In this document: positions 9,389-18,978 of the stretch, one piece after another
Layout of the letters: each line of letters begins with the position of its first letter
Numbering within the stretch: the first letter of the stretch is position 1
From: Candidatus Bathyarchaeia archaeon
GTDB lineage: Archaea; Thermoproteota; Bathyarchaeia; 40CM-2-53-6
DNA: 64,000 bases
NCBI GenBank assembly: GCA_049517415.1
Contig: JBEKSC010000012.1
Coordinates: 14,107 to 78,106 of the forward strand
Reading direction: 5' to 3'
Notes under the pieces: model-generated
What the model saw: only the letters and a program-made list of their open reading frames with translations
Databases searched by the model: none
Told to the model about the DNA's origin: nothing
Translations under genes and position numbers: made by a program

Positions 9389-11800
9389 ATGACAATCAAG
9401 GCGACAGCCGACTTTGCCGACTTACCAATTGAGGAGACGTACTCGGTACTGAGTGCGTCAACAAACGGTTTGAGCGAAGATGAGGCAAAGAGACGCATTA
9501 ACGAATCTGGCTACAACGAATTATCGGAGAAGCGGAAGAACCCCTTCGTCGATTTCTTGGCGCGGTATTGGGGGCCAATGCCTTGGCTTTTGGAATTAAC
9601 GATGGTTCTCTCATACGTCATAGGCCACTACCTAGAAGTGGAAATAGTCTTTGTGCTTCTTACCCTGAATGCTGTCATAGGTTTTCACCATTCTCGCAGT
9701 TCCCTGAAAGCACTTGATCTCCTGAAGAGACGGCTAGCGATTAAAGCGAAGGTCCTGCGGAACGGAGAATGGGTAGTCAAGGATGCTCGGGAAATAGTTC
9801 CGGGAGACATCATACAAGTTGGTTTGGGCGACCTAGTACCGGCTGATGCCAAGATTGTTGCTGGAGAAGTGTCCGTTGATCAGTCAGCGTTGACCGGTGA
9901 ATCACTTCCCGTGACTGCACATCAATCCGGAATTTTCTATTCGAGTTCTATCATAAAACGAGGCGAAGCGAAAGCTCTCGTACTCAACACGGGAGCCAAT
10001 ACCTACTTCGGAAAAACTGCTGAATTAGTGAAAATCGCCAAACCGAAATCGCACCAAGAACAGATCATGTCGGCCATCGTCAAATATGCAATGTACATGG
10101 GCATTGCGGCCTTAGCGTTCGTGGTATTAGACGCGGCTTTAACACAAGTCGTAGATGTTCTAACCGTCGTAACGTTCGCTCTAATCTTTCTCATGGGTTC
10201 CGTCCCAGTCGCACTGCCGGCGGTCTTCGCCATCGTTTTGGCTGTAGGCGCAATGCAACTTGCCAAAGAAGGCGCTCTAGTAACTAGGCTGAATTCTATT
10301 GAGGACGCAGCATCAATGGAAGTGCTCTGCCTAGACAAGACCGGCACAATCACACAGAACAAACTCTCTGTCACCGACCCTATCCCCTTCCAAGGGTTCG
10401 AAAAGAACGACGTCGCAATAATGGCGAGACTAGCTTCGAAAGAAGAGATAAGAGACGTAATTGACCTCGCCGTGATCGACTACGCAAAGAAACTCCCTGC
10501 CTCCGAACAGTACGCACAAGAGTCGTTCACTCCCTTCGACCCCGCCACAAAACGATCCGAGGCAATCGTCGAACACGACGGAAAACGATTCAGAGTCATC
10601 AAAGGGGCACCACAGGTAATTCTGTCTCTATGCAAAGTAGACGGTGAAACTGGGAAGAATGTCAACGCTAGTGTGGAAGAATTATCTCAGAAAGGTTATC
10701 GAACACTCGCGGTAGCCAAATCAGAGGATGATGACCTAGATAACCTCAGGCTCGTAGGGCTCCTCCCACTGGCCGATCCTCCCAGGCCCGACTCGAAGGA
10801 AACGATCGGGGAACTAAAACGCTTAGGCGTAAAGACGAAAATGCTGACAGGAGATAACGCGGCAATAGCCAGAGAGATTGCAGGCCAAGTGGGGATTGGC
10901 AATCGAATCTATCCGATGTCAAATCTCGAGAAGCTATCAGAAGCGGATCAAGCAAACATTCTGGATGAATATGATGGGTTGGCAGAGATTTACCCAGAAG
11001 ACAAGTACAAAGTGGTGAAGCTTCTGCAGTCGAGAGGCCATATGGTAGGAATGACCGGCGATGGTGTGAACGATTCACCAGCTCTCAAACAAGCGGAAGT
11101 GGGCATAGCAGTGAACAACTCCACCGACGTTGCAAAAGCGTCTGCCAGCATAGTCCTAACGGAACCTGGGCTGAAGGTTATCCTTAACGCGATCGGTACG
11201 AGCAGACAAATCTACCAGCGCATGCTAACATGGGTCGTCAACAAGGTCACGAAAGTAATACAATTCATAGGCATACTAGTCTTGGGCTTCTTGTGGTTGC
11301 ATCACATCGTCCTCTCGGTGCTAGGTATGGTTCTGTTGGTGTTTGCGAATGACTTCGTGACAATGTCACTTGCCACTGATAACGTGAAGACCACGAAGAG
11401 CCCGAACATATGGAACGTGAAGAAGATCACGTTAGCCTCAATCCTTATCGGCGTACTCTTGGTTGTCGAGGGTGTCATCGTCATCTTCATCGGCACGAAT
11501 TACTATCACATGGAACTAGGAACACTTCAAACCTTCGTGCTGCTTACACTAGTCTTTACCAGCCAGTTCAGAGTCCTTATTGTGAGGGAGAGAGGACACT
11601 TCTGGGCCTCTCGACCCGGAAGGGAACTTACCATCTCTAGCTTGGCTACGGTGATTGGATTCGCCTTGTTGGGAATCTACGGCGTTGTCCTACCATCCGT
11701 CACGACAATTCAAGTTCTCGTTGTCTTGGGACTCTCTGCAATCTTCACACTTGGCGTAGACTTCCCCAAGTACGTCGCGTTCAGAAAATTAGGCCTATGA
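9389..11800 (+). CDS. Plasma-membrane proton-efflux P-type (P3A) ATPase
   Basis: WGPMPW, DQSALTGES, VPVALP, DKTGT, KGAP, MTGDGVND, FAND in M6. Confidence 0.92.
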   Translation: MTIKATADFADLPIEETYSVLSASTNGLSEDEAKRRINESGYNELSEKRKNPFVDFLARYWGPMPWLLELTMVLSYVIGHYLEVEIVFVLLTLNAVIGFHHSRSSLKALDLLKRRLAIKAKVLRNGEWVVKDAREIVPGDIIQVGLGDLVPADAKIVAGEVSVDQSALTGESLPVTAHQSGIFYSSSIIKRGEAKALVLNTGANTYFGKTAELVKIAKPKSHQEQIMSAIVKYAMYMGIAALAFVVLDAALTQVVDVLTVVTFALIFLMGSVPVALPAVFAIVLAVGAMQLAKEGALVTRLNSIEDAASMEVLCLDKTGTITQNKLSVTDPIPFQGFEKNDVAIMARLASKEEIRDVIDLAVIDYAKKLPASEQYAQESFTPFDPATKRSEAIVEHDGKRFRVIKGAPQVILSLCKVDGETGKNVNASVEELSQKGYRTLAVAKSEDDDLDNLRLVGLLPLADPPRPDSKETIGELKRLGVKTKMLTGDNAAIAREIAGQVGIGNRIYPMSNLEKLSEADQANILDEYDGLAEIYPEDKYKVVKLLQSRGHMVGMTGDGVNDSPALKQAEVGIAVNNSTDVAKASASIVLTEPGLKVILNAIGTSRQIYQRMLTWVVNKVTKVIQFIGILVLGFLWLHHIVLSVLGMVLLVFANDFVTMSLATDNVKTTKSPNIWNVKKITLASILIGVLLVVEGVIVIFIGTNYYHMELGTLQTFVLLTLVFTSQFRVLIVRERGHFWASRPGRELTISSLATVIGFALLGIYGVVLPSVTTIQVLVVLGLSAIFTLGVDFPKYVAFRKLGL

Positions 11801-11902
11801 GCACGCGAGACGAGATGGTGGGAAGTACTAAGATAATGCTACCAAGCAGCAATACCATAATCCTCGACTTTTTTCCAAGAGACTGTAGCCTAAATCAGGT
11901 TG

Positions 11903-12397
11903 CTAGATCTCCTCGCCTACTCTATCCCTAAGGTTGCGATACCAACCTGCCAGCTCGTATTCATTCGTTCTATAGTCGTCTCGGTATGGTTTAATGTCCA
12001 AGATTGGAGTTCGATCGAACAAGTCTAGGCCGGAAACGAAAAGTTCCCTTCCATCGATGCGCAGCAATTTCACTAAGCTCAGACCAATTGGGTTTGGTCT
12101 AGTAGGGGAATCGATCGCGAAAACTCCTACCACGGGGAGTTCCTCTAACTTGAACCCCTTGCTCAGTAATCGTCTTGGCCTAACCTTGAGAACACCGACC
12201 TGGTCAGGTCTCAATCTGTGGAGGAAGCTCAACACGAAAATATGTGAAAATCCAGTCAAGCCGTCTAATGCGTCTTGGAATTCGGGAAAAATCTCTATTC
12301 GCGACTCGCAGTCCAGTTCACGCCTCCGGCCCTTTATTTCATCATCAGAGGCTTGAACCCTGACTTCGCCAATCGGATGGAACGAGAACTCGCTCAT
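11903..12397 (-). CDS. tsaA: TsaA/TrmO tRNA m6t6A37 methyltransferase-like protein
   Basis: PIG, GVFA.DSP.RPNPIGLS, GLD..D.TPILDIKPY; start set at MSEFSF. Confidence 0.88.
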   Translation of the reverse strand: MSEFSFHPIGEVRVQASDDEIKGRRRELDCESRIEIFPEFQDALDGLTGFSHIFVLSFLHRLRPDQVGVLKVRPRRLLSKGFKLEELPVVGVFAIDSPTRPNPIGLSLVKLLRIDGRELFVSGLDLFDRTPILDIKPYRDDYRTNEYELAGWYRNLRDRVGEEI

Positions 12398-12698
12398 ACT
12401 CTTTGAAACGCTTGATCGATTTATGTAATTAACGGTTGAACGAAAGGACGGAAACGAAACATTGAACGTGTGGTAGGGAGAAACAAGTGAAGTCCAAGAA
12501 CTCACTGAGTTTACTTGCGGTCCATCTAGCTTGATAGCTATGAAGTTCTTCCAACCCGGACTCTCTTACCAAAGGGCTTGAGCGTGCGCGCACCGGTACG
12601 GGTTATGCTTCAAGAAAGACGAACTTGGCGGCGGGGTGCTCGTGAAGGGCCGGCTACTCGAAGGAAAAAGAAAAGCTGCTGCCGCTGCCGGCTTGTCT

Positions 12699-13097
12699 TC
12701 ATTTACTTGGAATCTTCTGAGTGATCACGACGCGGTGAGTATCGGCCAGTTTACCGCTAAACTGTGGTAGCCATTTCTTACCCCACTTCCCTAGTCCCTC
12801 TAGCGCCGGTTCAAGCTCGAGGCCAGAAGCTGTCAGGGAGTACTGAACACTAAAGGGCGCTGTACTGATCACTTCCCTGCGGACGATTCCGTTCTGCTCT
12901 AGGAACTTCAAAGTCGCTGACAATGTTTTCGAGTTTATTCCAGACGCTCGCAGAAGCTCGTTGAAACCTTTCGGGCCCGTAAACAAATGTCTAACCACCA
13001 AGAGCCGCGATTCAGTAACGATAGCCTTTATCGCGCCAACCGCGGGGCAGCGGTCAGCGTCAGGTTCTATTGTTCTCAGTTTCAAGCGAGCTGGCAT
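12699..13097 (-). CDS. HxlR-family winged-helix regulator
   Basis: N-terminal CP, GPKGFNEL, INSKTLS..LK.LE, P.SVQYSLT..G..L, WG. Confidence 0.9.
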   Translation of the reverse strand: MPARLKLRTIEPDADRCPAVGAIKAIVTESRLLVVRHLFTGPKGFNELLRASGINSKTLSATLKFLEQNGIVRREVISTAPFSVQYSLTASGLELEPALEGLGKWGKKWLPQFSGKLADTHRVVITQKIPSK

Positions 13098-13104
13098 TTT
13101 TGTT

Positions 13105-13177
13105 GTAACCTAGTTACCTTAGGGTTAGCATGGGTTAATATCCTTACCTTCATACAGTAGATTGCTAAAGTCAAGTG
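13105..13177 (+). promoter_or_regulatory. Promoter/operator copy A (hxlR-Rieske intergenic region)
   Basis: TTAATA TATA-like box and TTAC half-sites; aligns ungapped with 27893-27965. Confidence 0.65.
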
Positions 13178-13181
13178 AGGC

Positions 13182-13586
13182 ATGTTAATGGAAGTTGAAG
13201 TGGCGAAGATCACAGAAATACCGCCGGGCAGCATGAAGCGAGTGAGAGCGTTTGATCAGGATGTTCTGCTTTCGAACGTTGATGGAAAGATCTATGCTAC
13301 GTCGAATAGATGCGGTCATTCGAACGCAAGCCTAGCCAGAGGAGCGCTTCAAGGAAAGGTAGTCACCTGTCCGCTCCACGGGGCGAAATTCGATGTCACA
13401 ACCGGAAAGAACCTCTCGGGTCCCCAGCTGAGCATGCCGCCGGAAGTCGTGCAAAAGCTGCCTCAGGAAATGCTTGAGATGATGAAGAATGCCACAGACA
13501 TAATTTCCGAAATCCAGGTAGAACCCTTGAAAACGTACAAGGTAGGTATTAGGGGGACCTCCGTATTTCTGGAAGGAACCACTTAG
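13182..13586 (+). CDS. Rieske [2Fe-2S] ferredoxin
   Basis: CGH...CPLH ligands. Confidence 0.9.
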   Translation: MLMEVEVAKITEIPPGSMKRVRAFDQDVLLSNVDGKIYATSNRCGHSNASLARGALQGKVVTCPLHGAKFDVTTGKNLSGPQLSMPPEVVQKLPQEMLEMMKNATDIISEIQVEPLKTYKVGIRGTSVFLEGTT

Positions 13587-13843
13587 TTTCTTGTGATTCT
13601 AGAGTAATCATAGAATCATAACCTGGTAATTGTGAGATGGCAAGTCAGAGTCTAGCGGCGGCTGGGCAGAAGTGCATCCCGTAGGTCGGGCTGGGTTAGC
13701 GCCGCAGAATTTTGTCATGATTTACGGTCCGCGTGACAACCACGAAGTGGACGTAGTGTTCAGCTTAGTGCAGGCAGCATATCTTTATGCTGGGGGCAAT
13801 CTTCCTAAGACGTAATCCCATTTCCGGAGAACGGTTGAACGGT

Positions 13844-14554
13844 TTGTCCGCTGAAAAAAAGATCGTCGTATCCAAGGACGGACCCTATCTTGTATCAAAG
13901 AACATCCCCCTCAGTATGCAGATAATCACGCCGAATGAGGAAGGTTTTTCGTGGGAGTGGAAACAGGGTAAAACCTTCGATACAAAATCGGACTACAAGC
14001 TCTGTCGTTGCGGGCGCTCAAAGACTAAACCCTTCTGTGATGATACTCACAAGAAGGTCAAATTCAACGGAAAAGAGACCGCGAGCCGGACGCCGGTTGC
14101 AAGGCAATCAGAAACATTTGACGGGCCTACGATGACTCTTAGCGACGTTGAACAACTCTGTGCCTTCGCGCGATTCTGCGATGCTGGAGGTAAGATTTGG
14201 GGTCTGATCCAACAGACGGACAACCCGGCGGCTCGCGAGCTGGCCATAAGAGAAGCCAACCACTGCCCGTCAGGCCGACTGGTCTTACACGACAAGAAGA
14301 CCGGGAAGGAGATTGAACATAAGCTTCCACCTTCCATCGGTGTGGTTGAAGATCCGGCGCTTGGCTGCAGTGGCCCGTTATGGGTTCGCGGAGGGGTGAG
14401 GATCGAATCTGAGAACGGAATTCCCTATGAAGTCCGGAATCGCGTTACGCTTTGCCGATGTGGGGCCTCGGACAACATGCCGTTTTGCAACGGCAGCCAC
14501 GCAAGCATCAAATTCAAAGACGGACTTGTCGAATTCAGGAATCAAAGCCAGTGA
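13844..14554 (+). CDS. Double CDGSH iron-sulfur protein with central divergent 4Fe-4S domain
   Basis: CRCG..K.KPFCDDTH, CAFARFC...CPSG, CRCG.S..MPFCNGSH; TTG start inferred. Confidence 0.9.
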   Translation: MSAEKKIVVSKDGPYLVSKNIPLSMQIITPNEEGFSWEWKQGKTFDTKSDYKLCRCGRSKTKPFCDDTHKKVKFNGKETASRTPVARQSETFDGPTMTLSDVEQLCAFARFCDAGGKIWGLIQQTDNPAARELAIREANHCPSGRLVLHDKKTGKEIEHKLPPSIGVVEDPALGCSGPLWVRGGVRIESENGIPYEVRNRVTLCRCGASDNMPFCNGSHASIKFKDGLVEFRNQSQ

Positions 14555-14591
14555 ACGGCCGTAGATGAACACGAATCCGACCGTGAAGCAG

Positions 14592-15005
14592 CTATTTAGA
14601 GGTACGAATGTTGGCGCGAGTTCTTAGTATGTATAGCGAAGCGAGAATGAAAATCGCCTCTAAGGCCTTGATTAGAAACGCGAACGGGGCGAGGGGTTGC
14701 GGCGGAACTCCAAAAGGAAGCCACATCTGAGTCGATACGAAGTATATGATGATGGAGACGGAGAAACCGAAAATCCCCAGCGCAAGTAAACTCCTATTGA
14801 TTGATTTCAGGATAATGCCGATCCAAGCTAACTGGAATAAACCTAGAGCGATGAAGAAAGTTACAACTGGAACTACACCATCTCCAAATTCCTGATGCAT
14901 GAACGCAGGCGCGAACATCATCCCTAGCGTAGGCGAGACCAAATGGTCTAAAGCGGGCAGGATTGCGGCAAAGGCGCCAATCCTCCGCACCTTCTTCGAA
15001 TCCAC
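14592..15005 (-). CDS. Hypothetical membrane protein
   Basis: About 4 hydrophobic helices. Confidence 0.7.
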   Translation of the reverse strand: MDSKKVRRIGAFAAILPALDHLVSPTLGMMFAPAFMHQEFGDGVVPVVTFFIALGLFQLAWIGIILKSINRSLLALGIFGFSVSIIIYFVSTQMWLPFGVPPQPLAPFAFLIKALEAIFILASLYILRTRANIRTSK

Positions 15006-15033
15006 TCGAGATGAACCTCTGCTAGAGGCGTCC

Positions 15034-15310
15034 TTACTCTTGAGTTTCTAGGAGTTCGGCGAGGCGGCCCAGGGTTTCAGTTGCCCCTTCCTTCATGCCC
15101 GTCTTGAGCATCCCGTCGCGATCTTCCTTCGATTGGAATAGGGCTGTGATGGTGAGCTTCGTCTTTTCACCCTCATTTCGGAATAAGGGCCGGATCCGTG
15201 TAAGCCTTGAATACGAGCTCACGCGGCGCTTCGAAGACACGAGTAATTACGATTTCCTGGTCCGACGGCGTCGTAAATGTTGCGCCGGCTCCAGCTTTAC
15301 TGTTCCGCAA
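15034..15310 (-). pseudogene. SRPBCC/AHSA1-family gene with internal deletion and frameshift
   Basis: TPSDQEIVITRVFEAPRELVFKAYTDP joins out of frame to KTKLT...DRDGML..GM.EG...RLAELL; the WWGP core is missing. Confidence 0.8.
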
Positions 15311-15327
15311 ACCCGTATCTCGTTGTC

Positions 15328-15756
15328 TTATTCGAAGCCTACTATGCTTGTTCCGTAAGGGTTGTAGATTAGAATAAGCCATCGTCCATCTGGCTGTTTC
15401 CGGAGTACATCCGAAGAGGCTCCTGCCCTGTCCATTTTCTTACCGTCGGGAGAAGTAGCTGTCAACGTCCACCTAGAACAATGAAGGGCAATGTCGCCAG
15501 CGTCCACTATCTGTTGGGCTTGTCGGCGAAGTGTGGGCTTCAATGAAACAAATCCCTTGTATGCTTCACGGATTGCAACCTTACCACGGGCGACTTGACC
15601 AGGTTGCCCAGCAAGAGGCTGAACCACTAGAACGGCGTCAGGCTCGAAAAAACTCAACATTGCTTCGAGATCTCCTCGATTGATGGCCGCGGTCAGATCA
15701 TTGATAGTCTCCAAGGCACTTGGTTGAGTCATGGTCTTCTCATTCACCTTGACCAA
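15328..15756 (-). CDS. NTF2/SnoaL-like (YybH-type) protein
   Basis: AINRGDLE, GDIAL, DVLRKQPDGRWL.LI.NP. Confidence 0.85.
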   Translation of the reverse strand: MVKVNEKTMTQPSALETINDLTAAINRGDLEAMLSFFEPDAVLVVQPLAGQPGQVARGKVAIREAYKGFVSLKPTLRRQAQQIVDAGDIALHCSRWTLTATSPDGKKMDRAGASSDVLRKQPDGRWLILIYNPYGTSIVGFE

Positions 15757-15805
15757 ATGGTACTAGAACCCATTCTTTAGCTAAACAAGTCCTTAAGATT
15801 TGATA

Positions 15806-15829
15806 GCGGGGCCGAAGGGATTTGAACCC
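15806..15829 (-). other. tRNA 3'-end remnant (possible att scar)
   Basis: GGGTTCAAATCCCTTCGGCCCCGC = T-loop plus acceptor 3' strand; no 5' half upstream. Confidence 0.6.
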
Positions 15830-15926
15830 AATACCTGGTCCCAGTCATCTAGAAGGTTAGCCAGCAAAGAGAACTACTTTGTGAGCGTCTTCGTTTCGGA
15901 TGGAGACGGTGATACTAACTGCAATC

Positions 15927-16292
15927 CTAAGCGTAAGTTCGCGTGTCGTATCTTGAGCGATCCGCGAACCACCCTCGAAGGCCTTGAACGGCGGATGGGT
16001 ACCCCTGGACCGCATAGAGGAGGAGTGAGATAGTATTAGCTCTCTCCTGCGTGGACAACGATGGCCACAGGCGTGAGAGCAGGCTGAGGGATTGTTGACC
16101 CAAGTCTGCTTGGACATTGTACGTGGAAGGCGCAGGCGAAGGCGCGTACGAGGGCGTATACGACGGCGTGTAAGAAGGCGCGTATGAAGGCGTGTACGAT
16201 GGCGTGTAAGAAGAGGGCATCCTTAAGCCACAACTGTGACAAAACAGAGCCCGGTCACTAACAGTCGTGTTGCAATTTGAACAGCTAACCAT
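15927..16292 (-). CDS. Zinc-ribbon protein with SY(T/A)P repeats
   Basis: CSNC...CHSC followed by six tetrapeptide repeats. Confidence 0.75.
   Translation of the reverse strand: MVSCSNCNTTVSDRALFCHSCGLRMPSSYTPSYTPSYAPSYTPSYTPSYAPSPAPSTYNVQADLGQQSLSLLSRLWPSLSTQERANTISLLLYAVQGYPSAVQGLRGWFADRSRYDTRTYA
16140..16211 (-). repeat. 12-bp coding tandem repeat x6, (SYTP-SYTP-SYAP)x2
   Basis: Units differ mostly at synonymous positions. Confidence 0.85.
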
Positions 16293-16391
16293 ACTCTATA
16301 CGACGGGTGTGCAGGTTTTTCATGTTTTCTGTTCCCTCAAGACGGATAGGAGGGCAAAGGATGGCCGTAGCAATGGCCGGGAGCCTATGGG

Positions 16392-17369
16392 TTACATGTA
16401 GTCGCTTCTCCTGACCACGCCCAGTACGGGTTCATGGTTCAGGAATCTTTTCACGTTCTCAACTGCGTGCATCGTGCCCTTCTCGAAAGAATGGCTGACA
16501 AGCCCTGAGTTGTGTGGTGAACCTAGAACGTTGGGCAACTCCAGGAAGGGGTAGTTCGTGGAAAATTTCCCGTGGTGTAGGGGTTCAATCCACCAGGCGT
16601 CAATCGCGGCTGTAAATTGGGGGTTCTCCTTCAGCTTCCGGTATAGTGCGCCCTCGTCGATAATGTCCGCGCGGGCCACGTTCACGACGACAGCATCATT
16701 CTTCATCCATCCCAATTGCTCCTCCCCGATTAGCTTTCGAGTTGATTTCGTTAATGGAATGGTGATGATGACGATGTCGGCAAGGAGCAGCACATGTTCG
16801 AGGTCTTTGAGCGTTCCGATAAAGTCGACTGGTTCATCGGTTCGTCCGGTCGTGTTGAGCGCATAGATCTTGACATCAAAACAACGCAGGAGGCGTGCAA
16901 CCGTCTTTCCTATGCCGCCGAAACCCAGGATCGCACATGTGGAGCCTCGTAGCATTCGGTTCACGTTGGTTTGGTCAAATGTGCCGTTCCTGAGTTTCAC
17001 TTGCCGGTCGAAGAGGTTCTTAGTAATGGCTAGGATCATGGCGACTACATGCTCCGCCATAGGTTCTGCATAGGCTCCGGCATTGCTAGCAATCATTAGG
17101 CCCGGCGGGAGGTCTTTGAAGGGTAGCTGGTCGACGCCCGCGGTGAGCAATTGCAACATCTTCACGTGGTCGAGCAACTTGAATTCCTCAGGCCGCAACT
17201 CCTCCTTCACATTCCAAGAGATTAGCAGGTCGGTGTCGGCGAGTTCTTTTGCACGATTCCCCGGCGAAACGTCCGAGAGAAAAACTATCCCAGAAGCTTT
17301 GCCCAGAGCTTTGGTGAGCGTCTCCCTCTGCTCTCCCTGAACGCGAAAAGTGACCAAGACGCTAGTCAT
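16392..17369 (-). CDS. D-isomer-specific 2-hydroxyacid dehydrogenase
   Basis: GFGGIG, VNVARA, SPHNSG. Confidence 0.92.
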   Translation of the reverse strand: MTSVLVTFRVQGEQRETLTKALGKASGIVFLSDVSPGNRAKELADTDLLISWNVKEELRPEEFKLLDHVKMLQLLTAGVDQLPFKDLPPGLMIASNAGAYAEPMAEHVVAMILAITKNLFDRQVKLRNGTFDQTNVNRMLRGSTCAILGFGGIGKTVARLLRCFDVKIYALNTTGRTDEPVDFIGTLKDLEHVLLLADIVIITIPLTKSTRKLIGEEQLGWMKNDAVVVNVARADIIDEGALYRKLKENPQFTAAIDAWWIEPLHHGKFSTNYPFLELPNVLGSPHNSGLVSHSFEKGTMHAVENVKRFLNHEPVLGVVRRSDYM

Positions 17370-17451
17370 GCCGCGCTTTCATCCATGCCAGCGTTTCACG
17401 TATTTCGTCCGCGCAACTTCTTGAAAAGATACCAAGGTTCCTAGGTGGCGT

Positions 17452-17700
17452 CTAACCTAGATAGGTTCTGCAATAACGGCAGAAACGATCGTTGAGGTCC
17501 ACTTGGCGCCAGCAAGAAGGGCATAGTCTGAAACCCGTAGTTTGTCGTCTTTGCTGAAAAACAGCTGGAGTAAGGAAGCCCGAGGGAACGTAAGGATAGT
17601 AGTATGTGAGGTACGGGCCGGAACCAGTTGCCATCCCACAAACCCGGCATATGGCTGCTGAATCCTCCAAGCGAGAGAGACAATATTTGCAATAAATCAT
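17452..17700 (-). CDS. Small double zinc-ribbon protein
   Basis: Four CxxC pairs in 82 aa. Confidence 0.7.
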   Translation of the reverse strand: MIYCKYCLSRLEDSAAICRVCGMATGSGPYLTYYYPYVPSGFLTPAVFQQRRQTTGFRLCPSCWRQVDLNDRFCRYCRTYLG

Positions 17701-17815
17701 CGCAGAGACCTGACAGAATTAGTATTGCCGTCTCCTAGATTAGAATCACTATTCTATTGTGAGCTTCAGGTGAAGTGAACTTGACGTATAGATGGCTCAG
17801 GGAGCTTGGCCTCGG

Positions 17816-18862
17816 CTACTCGAAGTACTTCCTAAGCTTGCTGCAAGTCTCCTCAGGCGCCTCGTAAACCTCCTGTCCGCCCAGCAGATACTGGAACGCC
17901 CACACGTCGCTCACAAACTTGGGCTTGTATCCATACCGGGAGACAACGCGAAGGCCAACGTCGAAGTAGTCAAGGTTTTCACTAAACGGCCCTGAATAAA
18001 TCGCGGCGTTGTAGCTCCTGATACCGACATCGTAATAGTACTTGAGAACTTTGACGAGGCCCTCAGAGAGGCCGCGAAAGTCTTCATCCGAAAGTGAACT
18101 TAGGCTTGAAGCATGAGATACAACTGCCTGGGCCTCATTCAAACCGAACGGCGCATACGGGGTTAGCCAATGAACCCTCCCTGTCGCCCCTAGATATCTG
18201 CTCCCGATACGCCTCTCCTCCTCAACTAACTCAGCCCAATATGGGGTACCATGTTTCTGGAAGTACGCGCGGCTCGCGTCTGTGAGCTCCTCTGTTCCTT
18301 GCAGTGGCAGGTCGCTCGCGAGGGCCTGCACGTGTGGGTGGGCGACGGTTGAACCCGCGGGTGGGTAAAAGTTCACGACGATCGCATTATACTTCACCGC
18401 GGGTTGCCAGGTGTGAAGTCGCCGGAAATACTCTGCGCATGCCTTGAATGCGTCAGCGAACATGGCCGGTTGGATTTGATTTAAGGGGACACGGTGCGAG
18501 CGTGTTGGGACAACGACCGCGTTATGGTCCTCATGGGCGAAGAGGCTTGGAAAGCACACCGCTTCACCCACGCGAATACGGCCTTCACGTGAGATTTCCG
18601 GAATGAATTTTGGCGCCTTAGTCTCCAACGAACTGGGACAGAAGGGACATCCCTCAAGAGTTGAATTCGCTAGATCCTCAACAGCGGCCTCATCCGACTC
18701 GATGAACCGTTTAACATAATCCATCCGGCCTTTGAGCACAATTACTCTTCGGCCAGTTAGCGGATCCCGCCTGTGCTCGATTACTTGACTCACAGGTTCA
18801 AAGTTCTGGAGAGGGCTGAGGAGGCGTGCTTCTCTCGTGACCGACTCGAAATGAATCGGCAT
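17816..18862 (-). CDS. galT: Galactose-1-phosphate uridylyltransferase-like (GalT/HIT)
   Basis: R.DPLTG, CPFCP, AGSTVAHPHVQ; start trimmed to MPIHF to avoid overlapping the nitroreductase. Confidence 0.85.
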   Translation of the reverse strand: MPIHFESVTREARLLSPLQNFEPVSQVIEHRRDPLTGRRVIVLKGRMDYVKRFIESDEAAVEDLANSTLEGCPFCPSSLETKAPKFIPEISREGRIRVGEAVCFPSLFAHEDHNAVVVPTRSHRVPLNQIQPAMFADAFKACAEYFRRLHTWQPAVKYNAIVVNFYPPAGSTVAHPHVQALASDLPLQGTEELTDASRAYFQKHGTPYWAELVEEERRIGSRYLGATGRVHWLTPYAPFGLNEAQAVVSHASSLSSLSDEDFRGLSEGLVKVLKYYYDVGIRSYNAAIYSGPFSENLDYFDVGLRVVSRYGYKPKFVSDVWAFQYLLGGQEVYEAPEETCSKLRKYFE

Positions 18863-18978
18863 GGCAAATCTTGCTAAGCTGGAGGTTGGATGGTAAATTC
18901 GGGGTTCGCTGGGTTGCAATTCTGGGTGCCAAGAATTCCCCTTTAATCCGCCCACCGCCAACCCCGGAATGAGCCCAA

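Noticed and set aside
13655..13705. GC-rich stem (GCGGC...GCCGC) between the Rieske and CDGSH genes
   Set aside because: Interrupted pairing, single copy, no recognisable RNA family.
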